A DNA stretch of 32,000 nucleotides. Source: Gemmata obscuriglobus. Lineage in GTDB: Bacteria > Planctomycetota > Planctomycetia > Gemmatales > Gemmataceae. A program made the position numbers and the translations under genes. Where the stretch lies: the NCBI RefSeq assembly GCF_008065095.1, contig NZ_CP042911.1:8610001-8642000 (forward strand). Reading direction: 5' to 3'. Position 1 is the first letter of the stretch; every line of letters begins with the position of its first letter. Below the pieces are notes generated by a model, which did no database searches, was not told where the DNA came from, and was given only the letters and a program-made list of their open reading frames with translations. Positions 17,234-26,332 of this stretch are shown here, piece after piece.

Positions 17234-18337
17234 ATGGACGTTCACACTCCGCACGCGCCCGTCGCGCCGCGCCCGCCCCGCGCCCGTGTCGTCGTAGGGC
17301 TGGCCCTGATCGGGGCCGTTCTCGCCGCAATCGGGGGGACGTTCGCGTACCTCCGCGGCTGGTTCACTCCGGGCCGCCTGACCCCGGACCGGTTCACCGA
17401 CACGTTCGAGCAGGTGGACGGCCCCCACCCGGGGTTCCGGCGGAACCACGCGAAGGGCGTGGGGGTGACGGGGCACTTCGACAGCAACGGACAGGGTGAG
17501 CGCCTGTCGAAGGCGCTGGTGTTCCGCCCCGGGCGGGTCCCGGTGATCGGGCGGTTCTCTCTGGGCGGCGGTCAACCGTATGGAGCGGACTCACCGGCCG
17601 CCGTGCGCGGGCTCGGCCTCCAGTTCACCCAGACTAACGGGGAACTCTGGCGGACCGCGATGATTAACCTGCCGATCTTCCCCTTCCGCACGCCCGAGGC
17701 GTTTCACGAGAACCTCGAAGCGTCGAAACCCGATCCCCAGACGGGCAAGCCCGACCCGGCCCGCGGGCAAGCGTTCCTGGCCCGGCACCCGGAAACCGCG
17801 CGTGTTCTGGGGGCGCTCAAGGCCCTGCCCGTGCCCTCCGGGTTCGGTAACAGCGCGTACCACGGGCTGAACGCGTTCCTCTTTACCGCCGCCGCAGGCG
17901 CGTCTACGCCGGTCCGCTGGGAACTGACCCCGGAACAGCCGTTCGTTGCCGCCGATGCGGCACCCGGTCAACGCGACAAGAGCTACCTGTTCGACGACAT
18001 CATCACGCAGATCCCGCGACAGCCGCTCCGGTGGCGGCTGATTCTGGTCGTCGGCCAACCGGGCGACCCGACCGACGACGCCACAATTCCGTGGCCGGCC
18101 GATCGGGAACGAGTCGACGCCGGCACGCTGGTGCTGGACGGGGTGGAGAGCGATGACACGGCTCTATCTACGGACATCACCTTTGATCCACTCGTGCTGC
18201 CCGCGGGCATCGCGCCCTCGAACGATCCGCTGCTCAGTGCCCGATCGGCCGTTTACGCGCGTTCGTACACCCGGCGCGCGGGCGAGCCGAAGCAACCGGC
18301 CGCGGTCACGCCGGCCGACGCCCGGGGAGGGAAATAA
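17234..18337 (+). CDS. catalase-related (haem) peroxidase with N-terminal membrane anchor
   Basis: FRRNHAKGVGVTGHFDSNG and VIGRFSLGGG match the catalase-core-like family that is typically paired with cytochrome b561. An ATG at 17234 gives MDVHTPH...VVVGLALIGAVLAAIGGTFAY (TM). The ORF-track start at 16961 overlaps the kinase stop and looks non-coding. Confidence 0.8.
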   Translation: MDVHTPHAPVAPRPPRARVVVGLALIGAVLAAIGGTFAYLRGWFTPGRLTPDRFTDTFEQVDGPHPGFRRNHAKGVGVTGHFDSNGQGERLSKALVFRPGRVPVIGRFSLGGGQPYGADSPAAVRGLGLQFTQTNGELWRTAMINLPIFPFRTPEAFHENLEASKPDPQTGKPDPARGQAFLARHPETARVLGALKALPVPSGFGNSAYHGLNAFLFTAAAGASTPVRWELTPEQPFVAADAAPGQRDKSYLFDDIITQIPRQPLRWRLILVVGQPGDPTDDATIPWPADRERVDAGTLVLDGVESDDTALSTDITFDPLVLPAGIAPSNDPLLSARSAVYARSYTRRAGEPKQPAAVTPADARGGK

Positions 18338-18339
18338 CC

Positions 18340-18942
18340 ATGCCCGCCGACCAACCGCGGTTCACCGCTTTTTCGCGGCTGCTTCACTGGCTGATGGCCG
18401 CGATAATCCTCACGACGCTCGGGACCGGCACGGCGATGTGGGCATCGCTGGGGAGCTACCACGCGCTACTGGCGCTTCACCGGCCGCTCGGGATCGCGAT
18501 CCTGGTTCTGGCCGTCGTTCGGCTGGTCAACCGGTTGTTCAACCCGCCCCCGCCGCTCCCCGCGTCGATCTCGCGCACCGAGCGACTGGCGGCCATCGGG
18601 GCCGAATACACCATGTACGGGTTGATGGTTGCTCTCCCGCTGGTCGGGTGGGGGATGCTGTCCGCGGCACATTACCCGGCCGTGATGTGGGGCTCGTTCC
18701 ACTTGCCCGAGATCCTGCCGCACAGCGCCCCGCTCTACGCCGTGCTGCGGAAGACGCACACCGTACTCGCGGCCGGGTTCTTGCTGGTGATCCTCTCCCA
18801 CTTGGCGGCGGTGCTGTTCCATTCGCTCGTGGTGGGAGACGGCCTCTGGCGGCGGATGGTGCCATGGCCCGTGCGGTCCGGTGCCGCTCCATCGGCCGGG
18901 CCGAGCGACCCGGCTACCGCACGAAAGGCCGGAGTGAGTTGA
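18340..18942 (+). CDS. cytochrome b561 family protein (CybB-like)
   Basis: FSRLLHWLMAAIILTTL...HRPLGIAILVLAVVRLVNRL. Four predicted TM helices with conserved His residues. Starts 2 nt after the peroxidase stop. Confidence 0.85.
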   Translation: MPADQPRFTAFSRLLHWLMAAIILTTLGTGTAMWASLGSYHALLALHRPLGIAILVLAVVRLVNRLFNPPPPLPASISRTERLAAIGAEYTMYGLMVALPLVGWGMLSAAHYPAVMWGSFHLPEILPHSAPLYAVLRKTHTVLAAGFLLVILSHLAAVLFHSLVVGDGLWRRMVPWPVRSGAAPSAGPSDPATARKAGVS

Positions 18943-19552
18943 GCGGTAGGCGATAAGAGTAACCTTCTTCTGTAGCCGGGCTCTACCAACGGATTTCAAA
19001 CGTGGCGGGTGTAACCGCTTCGCTGCGGTAGCCAGTTGTAGTGCCTTCTCGCGCCCTTCCGACGGGTCCCACATTCGGCGCCCTGCCCTCGGCGGCGCGG
19101 GCGTACATCTGCCGTTGGAGTCGCATGTTGGGCCGTTGGAAAGTCGGCCCGCCGAGCCTGGCGCGGGGTTGAGCCTGAACGCCTCGAGCGAGTGCTGATT
19201 TGTCGATTTCGTTGATTTAGGAAACCGGGCAGGTTGTATCATTCGCATAAGTAATATGTAGATAAACCTCGCTCGAGTCATACGGGCGATCATAATCGCT
19301 GGCGTGCTGGAAACTATAGATCAATCAATTAATCGAGCGCCTGTGTGACACGTTTGGTGCGGGTGCCCACCGCGAAGCTACCGTTCGCGTTCGGGGGGCA
19401 CGCGTACGCGCGGCTGGTGGGGCGCTCGGGATGTCGGTGGACGGCTACACGGACTTGTCCGTGGCGCGACGCGAGCGGGCGGGTGACGATCGCTGCAAGG
19501 GGAGACCCGTTTCGGACGGCCGGAGCGAACGGGCACCGTCCGGCCGGGCCGA

Positions 19553-19966
19553 TCAGACCAACATGAGTCTCATTTGAACCGTGCCGATTTGCACCACGTC
19601 ACCGGGCTTGACCGGGCGCGGCTGACCGGCACGAACGCGCACCCCGTTGAGCCACGTGCCGTTCAAGCTGTTCAGATCCTCGATCTGCACGTTCCCGTCG
19701 TCGAGCACCAGTACCGCGTGCTGCCGCGAGCACCAGATTTGCTCCACCGATTCCTGGCTCACGAGGTCGATGTCCACCGGCTTGTCCGCGAACCGGCCGA
19801 TCACATTTCGCCCCTCGTAGACCGGGTACTCGGCGCCGATCCGCATGCCGCGAAGCACCACCAGTTTCGGCTTCACCGCCGGCACCGCCGGCGCGGTCGG
19901 CTGGTGATCGGCCGGATCGGTTGCGGGGATCGTTTGGTGGACCGCGTGTTGTTCGAGATCGTTCAT
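19553..19966 (-). CDS. FHA domain protein
   Basis: The C-terminal FHA core: GRNVIGRFADKPVDIDL...VSRQHAVLVLDDGNVQIEDLNSLNGTWLNGVRV...GDVVQIGTVQMRL. I prefer the ATG at 19966 (MNDLEQH). The longer start at 20107 adds low-complexity Arg/Pro sequence. Confidence 0.8.
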   Translation of the reverse strand: MNDLEQHAVHQTIPATDPADHQPTAPAVPAVKPKLVVLRGMRIGAEYPVYEGRNVIGRFADKPVDIDLVSQESVEQIWCSRQHAVLVLDDGNVQIEDLNSLNGTWLNGVRVRAGQPRPVKPGDVVQIGTVQMRLMLV

Positions 19967-20705
19967 CGGATAATCCGGAGCGTTTGCCGCCCGATTTGGT
20001 CCGCGGGTGGTTGGAGACGGTTGCCGGGTCGCCGAACGGTGCCACGGGCCGAACGTGGCATACCAGGTTCGCGGGCCGGAGCGTCGCGCGAGTGCGAACT
20101 CGTCCACCGGCCCGCGCCCGCGCCGGTCGCCGCCCGCGCCCGATATGCGATTACGGGCACTGGCGCCGGTATTGGGGCGTTGACCCCGTGGGGCTCAGCC
20201 CGCCAATGAATTCGCTCACCGCACCTTAGTGCGCGGAACATGCGAGCAACGGCACAGGGTGGCAATTTTGCGCACGTGAATCGGACACTGACGTGAAATC
20301 CGACACCCAAACGGACTGAATGAGGAGGTGAGAGAGAGGGCGCTGCGGGAATGGCTGGACGCGTTCACAACGCGCCGGGATTACTGCACGCGACACAGGC
20401 AGGCAAATGCCGCAGGCCGCACCAGATAATGCCAGGAGGCGCAACTGTTTACAAAACCAAGTGATACCACGCACCGGCCGCCCGTGCTCTCTCGCGCGGT
20501 CGGCACTCGCGCGTACGTTTGCAGGCCGATTCGGGCCCGGTTTCGGTGCCAAGGTTGGCTCCAGAGCCGAGTGGTGGTGCCGCGGCACGCCCCGGGTGCG
20601 GGTCCGGAACACGGGTCATGATTCGTCGAATAATCAAAATCGCATTGTTTTATTCAGTGAAAATAGCGGCAGGGCGCGGACAACGCCCAGCAGGCGCGGC
20701 AGCTC

Positions 20706-21407
20706 GTGGACGGGTCCGAGGAGGTCGCCGAGAAGGGCGGTCAGGTGGTCGGTGGCGCGGTCGGAGCGATGGCCGAGATCAACGAGTCGTCGAAGAAGAT
20801 TGCGGACATCATCACGACGATCGATGAGATCGTGTTCCAGACCAACCTGTTGGCCCTCAACGCCGTCGTCGAGACGGCCCGCGCCGGCGAGCGGGGGCGC
20901 GGGTTCGCGGTGGTCGCCACCGAGGTCCGCAACCTGGCCCAGCGGTCCGCCACCGCCGCCAAGGAGATCAAGATCCTGATCCAGGACTCGGTGAAGAAAG
21001 GCGATGCGGGCACCGAACTGGTCAACCGGTCCGGCACCACACTCGGCGAGATCGTCACCAGTGTCAAACGGGTGGCCGATATCATGACCGAGATCGCAGC
21101 CGCGAGCCGGGAGCAATCGACGGGCATCGAGCAGGTGAACAAAGCGGTCAGCCAGATGGACAGCGTGCCCCAGCGCAACGCCTCGCAGACCGAGGAGATG
21201 AGCGCCACCTCCCAGGCCCTCACCGATCAGGCGGAGCAGTTCCACAACCTAGTCGCGCGGTTCGAACTCAGCGGCGACGGCCGAGGGGCGCCCCGGTCGG
21301 CCGCCAAGCCTGCCAAGAAGGCCGGGCACAAGCCCCACCCGGCGGTGGCCAAAGCGCTCAGCAACGGGCACTCGCACGAGGGCGGCAACGGGTTCGCCGA
21401 GTTCTGA
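20706..21407 (+). CDS. methyl-accepting chemotaxis protein, signalling domain only (N-terminally truncated; possible pseudogene)
   Basis: The highly conserved MCP hairpin region: [58 protein letters not shown]. No TM, sensor or HAMP region. MCP-like in-frame sequence ([11 protein letters not shown]) extends back only to the stop at 20664-20666. Confidence 0.75.
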   Translation: MDGSEEVAEKGGQVVGGAVGAMAEINESSKKIADIITTIDEIVFQTNLLALNAVVETARAGERGRGFAVVATEVRNLAQRSATAAKEIKILIQDSVKKGDAGTELVNRSGTTLGEIVTSVKRVADIMTEIAAASREQSTGIEQVNKAVSQMDSVPQRNASQTEEMSATSQALTDQAEQFHNLVARFELSGDGRGAPRSAAKPAKKAGHKPHPAVAKALSNGHSHEGGNGFAEF

Positions 21408-21437
21408 GCCAGCACGCGCGGCGGTTGTGCCCGCTTG

Positions 21438-22322
21438 CTACCCCTTCTTCGGAACCGATTTCTTCTTCGGCGCGGCCGGCTTTTTCGTGGTGGCCCTTTT
21501 CGCCGCGGGCGTTTTCTTTTCGGCCGCTGGTTTCTTGACAGCCGCTCTTGCCGTCGGCTTTTTCTGAGCCGGCGGCGTCGGTGGTGCGGCTTCCGCGCCG
21601 CCGAGTTCAATGCCGAAGATGGCTCCCAGATCGTCCGCCGCAATTGCAGGGCCGCTCGGGTTCGCGAGCGGTGCGGCGGGGATCGCCTGCTCGATCAGTT
21701 CTGTGTGGTCCACGCACCGGAGGGTGAACAACAACTCCGGCGCGGAATCGAGCCGGTTGCCCACCCCGTACATCGTCGCGGCGATGTGCTTGCACATCCC
21801 GGCGTAGTCCGGGCAGGTGCAGCTCATCTCGATCTCTTTCGGTTTCGGGAACAGCCCGCGCGTCCGGTCCGTGACCGTCTCCATCACCGCCTTCGACAGC
21901 TTGCCCTGCAACAGCTCAACGATCGTGCCGATCTTGCCCGCGCACTGCTTTTTCAGCGCCGCCCACGTGTGCGCCGGCAGGGCCGCAATGTCGATCCGGA
22001 TCTCGTACAGCTCTGACCCGCTCACCAGGGCCTTGATCCGCCCCTTCTCGATCTTCAGGTCAATGACGGACCCGTTCCGGACGTAGGTCCGGCCGCGCGG
22101 CAAGCGGTTGGCGAAGTCGCTGTAGCCCTCCAGGTTGGTACACCACGCCTTGCCCCAGAACGTCGCGGCGATGGACTTGCCTTCGATGTTCACGGGGGAG
22201 CACGGCGGCCCCTTTTTGTTCCGCTTGGCGACTTCCTTCGCCGCCTGCGCGCGCCGCTGCGCGACGGGGACGTAAGGCTTGAATTCGTACCAGCCCATGT
22301 GTCGCTCCCGGACGGTCCGCAT
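21438..22322 (-). CDS. SWIM zinc-finger protein with Lys/Ala/Pro-rich histone-H1-like C-terminal tail
   Basis: SWIM CxCxnCxH motif CTCPDYAGMCKHIAA. Conserved family N-terminus MGWYEFKPYVPVAQRR...FWGKAWCTNLE...RLPRGRTYVRNG (this ATG at 22298 is an alternative start). Tail PAQKKPTARAAVKKPAAEKKTPAAKRATTKKPAAPKKKSVPKKG. Confidence 0.85.
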   Translation of the reverse strand: MRTVRERHMGWYEFKPYVPVAQRRAQAAKEVAKRNKKGPPCSPVNIEGKSIAATFWGKAWCTNLEGYSDFANRLPRGRTYVRNGSVIDLKIEKGRIKALVSGSELYEIRIDIAALPAHTWAALKKQCAGKIGTIVELLQGKLSKAVMETVTDRTRGLFPKPKEIEMSCTCPDYAGMCKHIAATMYGVGNRLDSAPELLFTLRCVDHTELIEQAIPAAPLANPSGPAIAADDLGAIFGIELGGAEAAPPTPPAQKKPTARAAVKKPAAEKKTPAAKRATTKKPAAPKKKSVPKKG

Positions 22323-25006
22323 CAGCCGTCGGACGCTTGGTGCAGATCCAGCTTTACGAATTGTAACAGCGTATCATTGTCCATTTCGGTCAACAAGACT
22401 TCCCCGCTGTCGCTCCCGCCGATGGCCTCGTCGGCGACCCGGCTCTTCCGGGCGATCATCTCGTCGATCCGCTCCTCCACCGTCCCCCGGCAGATGAACT
22501 TGTGGACCAGGACGTTCTTCTTCTGGCCGATCCGGAAGGCGCGGTCGGTGGCCTGGTTCTCGATGGCCGGGTTCCACCAGCGGTCGAAGTGGACCACGTG
22601 CGCGGCGGCCGTCAGGTTCAGGCCGGTGCCGCCCGCCTTCAGCGACAGCACGAAGAACGGCGGCCCGTCCTCGCGCTGGAACTGGTCGACGAACTCCTTT
22701 CGCTTTTTTACGCTCGTTCCCCCGTGGAGCACCAGCCCGGACCGGCCGAAGAGCGTGGCGAGGAACTCCGCCAGCGGGTCCGCGATCTCCCGGAACTGCG
22801 TGAAGACGAGCACCTTCTCTTGTCGGGAAGCGATCTCCTCGGCGATCTCCGCCAGCCGGCGGAACTTGCCGCTCCGGTCGGCGGCGTAGTCGCCCGTGCC
22901 GGCCACCTGGGCCGGGTGGTTGCAGATCTGCTTCAGCCGCATCAGTTGCGCCAGAACGATGCCGCGGCGCTGGATGCCGTCGGTGCCTTCCAACTGCCGG
23001 GCGAGGTCATCCACCGCGTGCTGGTAGAGGGCCGCTTGGTGCTTACTCAGCCCGCAGTAGGCTTTCACCTCCGTCTTGTCCGGCAGGTCGGAGATCACCC
23101 GCTTGTCGGTCTTGAGCCGCCGGAGGATGTACGGCCGCACCAGATTGCGCAGCGGCTCGAACGAGGGCGTCGGGGCGCTTTGCAGCCGCTTGACGAACGA
23201 GCCGAACTGCTTGGCCGTGCCCAGGAGGCCGGGGTTCAAGAAGTCGAAAAGCGACCACAGGTCCGAGAGGCGGTTCTCGACCGGCGTGCCGGTCATCGCG
23301 ATCCGGCCGTCGGCCGTCAGCTCCTTCGCCGCGCGGGTCTGCTTCGTGCCGGAGTTCTTGATCGCCTGGGCCTCGTCGAGAATCGCCAACCGCCAGTTGT
23401 GCCGCTTCATCCAGTCTTGGCGAACCAGCATTCCGTAAGTGGTCACAACCAGATCGAGCGAATCCGCGGCGGACGCGATTTCCTCGTCCGTGGCGCCCGT
23501 CTCCGAGGGGTGCGCCACGGCGAAGGAGAGCGACGGCGCGAACTTTGCCAGTTCCGATTTCCAGTTCGCGATCAGCGACGCCGGCACGACCAGGAGGCTC
23601 GCCTTGTTCCGCCCGTCGCGCTTCAGGTCGAGCAGCAGCGCGATCACCTGGATCGTTTTGCCGAGCCCCATATCGTCGGCCAGGCACGCGCCCAACCCCA
23701 GGCGGGTGGCGAAGCGCAGCCACCCGTAGCCGGCCCGCTGGTACGGGCGGAGTTCGGCCTTCAGGCCGGGCGGGGCCGGTTCCCGTTGAGCGTCCGGAGA
23801 GCGCAGCCCTTCGAGGATCGCGTCCAACCCGGGGCCGGCGGTCAGGCCGGACCACTCGCGGTCCGCCGCCGGGTGCTCGCCGCCGTCCTCTTTGACGATG
23901 TTCGCCCCGGACAGGAGCCGCATGCCCTCGAAGAACGAAATCCCCTCGTAACGAACGTCCCGCTCGACCTCCTTCCAGTGCTTCAGCGCTTCTTGCAACT
24001 TCTCCCGATCCACCTCGACCCACTTCCCTTTTAACGGGACCAGCCCCCCGCTGGATTCGAGCAACTGGGCGATCTCGTCCGGGCCGAGCGCTTCCCCGTC
24101 GAGGCTCACGCCGACAGAAAATTGCAGCATGGCATCGACGCCGATGCCGGTGGCATTTTTCGAATCGACCTTCACGCTGACACGGGGGCGGGGCGGTTTC
24201 TGAGCGCTCCACCAGTCCGGCACCCGAACGATCAACCCGTTCGACTCGAAAAGCGGGATCGCCCGGAGGAACGCGTACGCCTCGCGCGGCGACCACGCGA
24301 GCGGGCGGTAGATCTCCCCGGAGTCGACGAGCCGCCGCACCAGTTCCGAGGACTCCGCGGCCCGAGAGACCGGGAGCAGCAGGTTCAGCATCGCCGCGCG
24401 GTTCTGCTCCCCGGCGTACTGCTGAAGGGCCTGGCCCAGCGGCTCGTGCCGCACCTTACCTTGCGGCGTCAGGCCGTTCGCGAACGTCGCCAGGAAGGCA
24501 AACGGGTAGTCCGGGTTCCGTTTGTTCTCCGCGAGGTGGAACGTGACCCGGCCGACGAACCGCCATTGGGGGTTGCGCTCGCGCAGGTAGCCGTGCGCGC
24601 CGCCCGGGTGCCGTTCGATCTCGCCGCGAACAAGCGTGTCGAGCTCGCGCCACCAGTCGGAAAGGGCGGCCGGCGTCAGGTACTCCAGCCCGGTCATGGG
24701 CGGGGCCTGAAGAACGGCCCGGTCCAGGTCGCCCGCGGGGGGCGGGAGCTCGGGCACCGTCGCGCCGACTTCCGCGGGAGCAACTCTGCAGAGCGCCGTC
24801 AGGTAGAGCCGGGCAATCGATCGTGCGAACTCGAAGGACGGGGGCAGCACGGCCTCCGCGTCTTCACTCGCGGAGCGGAGCATCCCGCCGGCCGGGCTCT
24901 CGCGGTAGGCGTCCAGTAACCCTTTCGGGAGCTTCGGATCCGACGCTTCGGACGGCTCTTCCCGAACGAGAAGGTGACCTTGTGGTGTGATCGCCAGCTC
25001 GTACAT
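22322..25006 (-). CDS. SNF2-family DEAD/DEAH-box helicase with SNF2-associated N-terminal region
   Basis: Motif I LADDMGLGKTIQ. Motif II AILDEAQAIKN. Motif III MTGTPVENRLSDLWSLFDFLNPG. Helicase C motifs LSLKAGGTGLNLT and FDRWWNPAIENQATDRAFRIGQKK. I prefer the ATG at 25006 (MYELAITPQG). The ORF-track start at 25285 adds Arg-rich junk. Confidence 0.9.
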   Translation of the reverse strand: MYELAITPQGHLLVREEPSEASDPKLPKGLLDAYRESPAGGMLRSASEDAEAVLPPSFEFARSIARLYLTALCRVAPAEVGATVPELPPPAGDLDRAVLQAPPMTGLEYLTPAALSDWWRELDTLVRGEIERHPGGAHGYLRERNPQWRFVGRVTFHLAENKRNPDYPFAFLATFANGLTPQGKVRHEPLGQALQQYAGEQNRAAMLNLLLPVSRAAESSELVRRLVDSGEIYRPLAWSPREAYAFLRAIPLFESNGLIVRVPDWWSAQKPPRPRVSVKVDSKNATGIGVDAMLQFSVGVSLDGEALGPDEIAQLLESSGGLVPLKGKWVEVDREKLQEALKHWKEVERDVRYEGISFFEGMRLLSGANIVKEDGGEHPAADREWSGLTAGPGLDAILEGLRSPDAQREPAPPGLKAELRPYQRAGYGWLRFATRLGLGACLADDMGLGKTIQVIALLLDLKRDGRNKASLLVVPASLIANWKSELAKFAPSLSFAVAHPSETGATDEEIASAADSLDLVVTTYGMLVRQDWMKRHNWRLAILDEAQAIKNSGTKQTRAAKELTADGRIAMTGTPVENRLSDLWSLFDFLNPGLLGTAKQFGSFVKRLQSAPTPSFEPLRNLVRPYILRRLKTDKRVISDLPDKTEVKAYCGLSKHQAALYQHAVDDLARQLEGTDGIQRRGIVLAQLMRLKQICNHPAQVAGTGDYAADRSGKFRRLAEIAEEIASRQEKVLVFTQFREIADPLAEFLATLFGRSGLVLHGGTSVKKRKEFVDQFQREDGPPFFVLSLKAGGTGLNLTAAAHVVHFDRWWNPAIENQATDRAFRIGQKKNVLVHKFICRGTVEERIDEMIARKSRVADEAIGGSDSGEVLLTEMDNDTLLQFVKLDLHQASDG

Positions 25007-25564
25007 CTTGCCGCTACTCACGACGTTCGGAGGGAATCCGGTCCGGTGCCACCATTCTACATTGCTGGGCGCATGGGCGCGAGCGCGGGACGTTGAGTCA
25101 GCGTTCGGGTTTGTGTCCCGTTGCCCGGGCGCTGGCTCGTGCGGCGGCCCGCGCCCCACGTTTCGTCGGACGGGCGCACACCGCCGTCGCCTTATACCGA
25201 CCGCCGGGGCGCAACTTCCTGGCCGCCGCCATTCCGGCCCCCCGAAACGGCACACCCGCACCCCATTCCCCGCACCGATAGCCAAACCGTGAACGGATAC
25301 TGGCAGGCGATGTTGTCATTGTTCATGGGGTTCGTGATGCTTATGTCACTCTGCCGCGAGTGAGGTAGCGACGGGTTTTGACCCGCTCCGAACAATACCC
25401 CCGCACGGGTTTCCTAAGTCGTTGCCCGGATTTACCATCCAGCGATTGAAATCCGTTGGTCGAGGCCGGCAGAAATACACATCAACCGCACCGGTATCAA
25501 ACGATACCGCGAGGCGCTACCGCCAATCGTTAATTCCGCGCGTCCAACAGTAGTGAGAAATGAC

Positions 25565-26305
25565 ATGAGCCAAGAAGCACCCCGTTCAGCTATCGTGACC
25601 GGCGCGTCACGCGGCATCGGTAAGGCGATCGCGTTACGGCTCGCCGCCGACGGGTTCGCTGTGACCGTTAATTACGCCGGGAGCCGCGCTGCCGCTGAAG
25701 CGGTTGCCGCCCAGATCACCGCGGCCGGTGGTCGAGCGATCGCGGTCGGGGCCGACGTGTCGAAGACCGACGAGGTGGCGCGGCTGTTCGACGAGAGCGT
25801 GCGCGCGTGGGGGCGGGTCGACGCGCTCGTGAACAACGCCGGGGCGCTGCTGACCAAGCCCGTGGCCGAGATCACGGACGAAGAGTTCGACCGGTTGTTC
25901 GCGGTGAACGTGCGCGGCACGTTCCTGTGCTGCCGGCAGGCCGCCCGGCGTATGGCCGACGGCGGCCGGATCGTTAACCTGTCGTCGTCCACCACGGCCA
26001 TGATGCTGCCCGGCTACGCGGCGTACTGTGCGACCAAGGGGGCGGTCGAGCAACTGAGCCACGTGCTGGCCAAGGAACTCGGGCCGCGCGGCATCACGGT
26101 CAACGTGGTTTCGCCGGGGCCGACCGACACCGAACTGTTTGGCCAGGGCAAGACCGAGGAACAGAAGCAGTTCTACGCCCGGATGGCGGCGCTGGGGCGG
26201 TTGGGCACCCCGGAAGACATCGCGGGGGTGGTCGCCGCGCTGGTCGGGCCGGACGGCCGGTGGGTGAGCGGCCAGAACGTCCGGGCCAACGGCGGGCTGA
26301 TTTGA
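25565..26305 (+). CDS. SDR-family oxidoreductase (FabG-like)
   Basis: TGASRGIGKAIA cofactor motif, NNAG, catalytic S...YxxxK (YCATKGAVE). About 247 aa. Confidence 0.9.
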   Translation: MSQEAPRSAIVTGASRGIGKAIALRLAADGFAVTVNYAGSRAAAEAVAAQITAAGGRAIAVGADVSKTDEVARLFDESVRAWGRVDALVNNAGALLTKPVAEITDEEFDRLFAVNVRGTFLCCRQAARRMADGGRIVNLSSSTTAMMLPGYAAYCATKGAVEQLSHVLAKELGPRGITVNVVSPGPTDTELFGQGKTEEQKQFYARMAALGRLGTPEDIAGVVAALVGPDGRWVSGQNVRANGGLI

Positions 26306-26332
26306 TCCTCTGACCGTGCGGCGGCTCGTCGT

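Noticed and set aside
18466-19293. 275-aa - strand ORF spanning the cytochrome b561 3' half and the intergenic gap
   Set aside because: It overlaps a confident gene in antisense. Its start lies in the AT-rich island, with no RBS and a junk-like sequence.
22502-24034. 510-aa ORF on the + strand (and 417-aa ORF 23043-24296 on the - strand in another frame)
   Set aside because: Both overlap the SNF2 helicase, whose motifs I-VI are unambiguous. Their composition is Arg/Gly/Pro junk.
25007-25285. N-terminal extension of the SNF2 ORF (ORF-track start 25285); similar extensions of the peroxidase (16961-17233) and FHA (19967-20107) ORFs
   Set aside because: The extensions encode Arg/Pro/Gly-rich low-complexity sequence with no homology-like pattern. 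Internal ATGs give sensible N-termini. The upstream starts remain formally possible.
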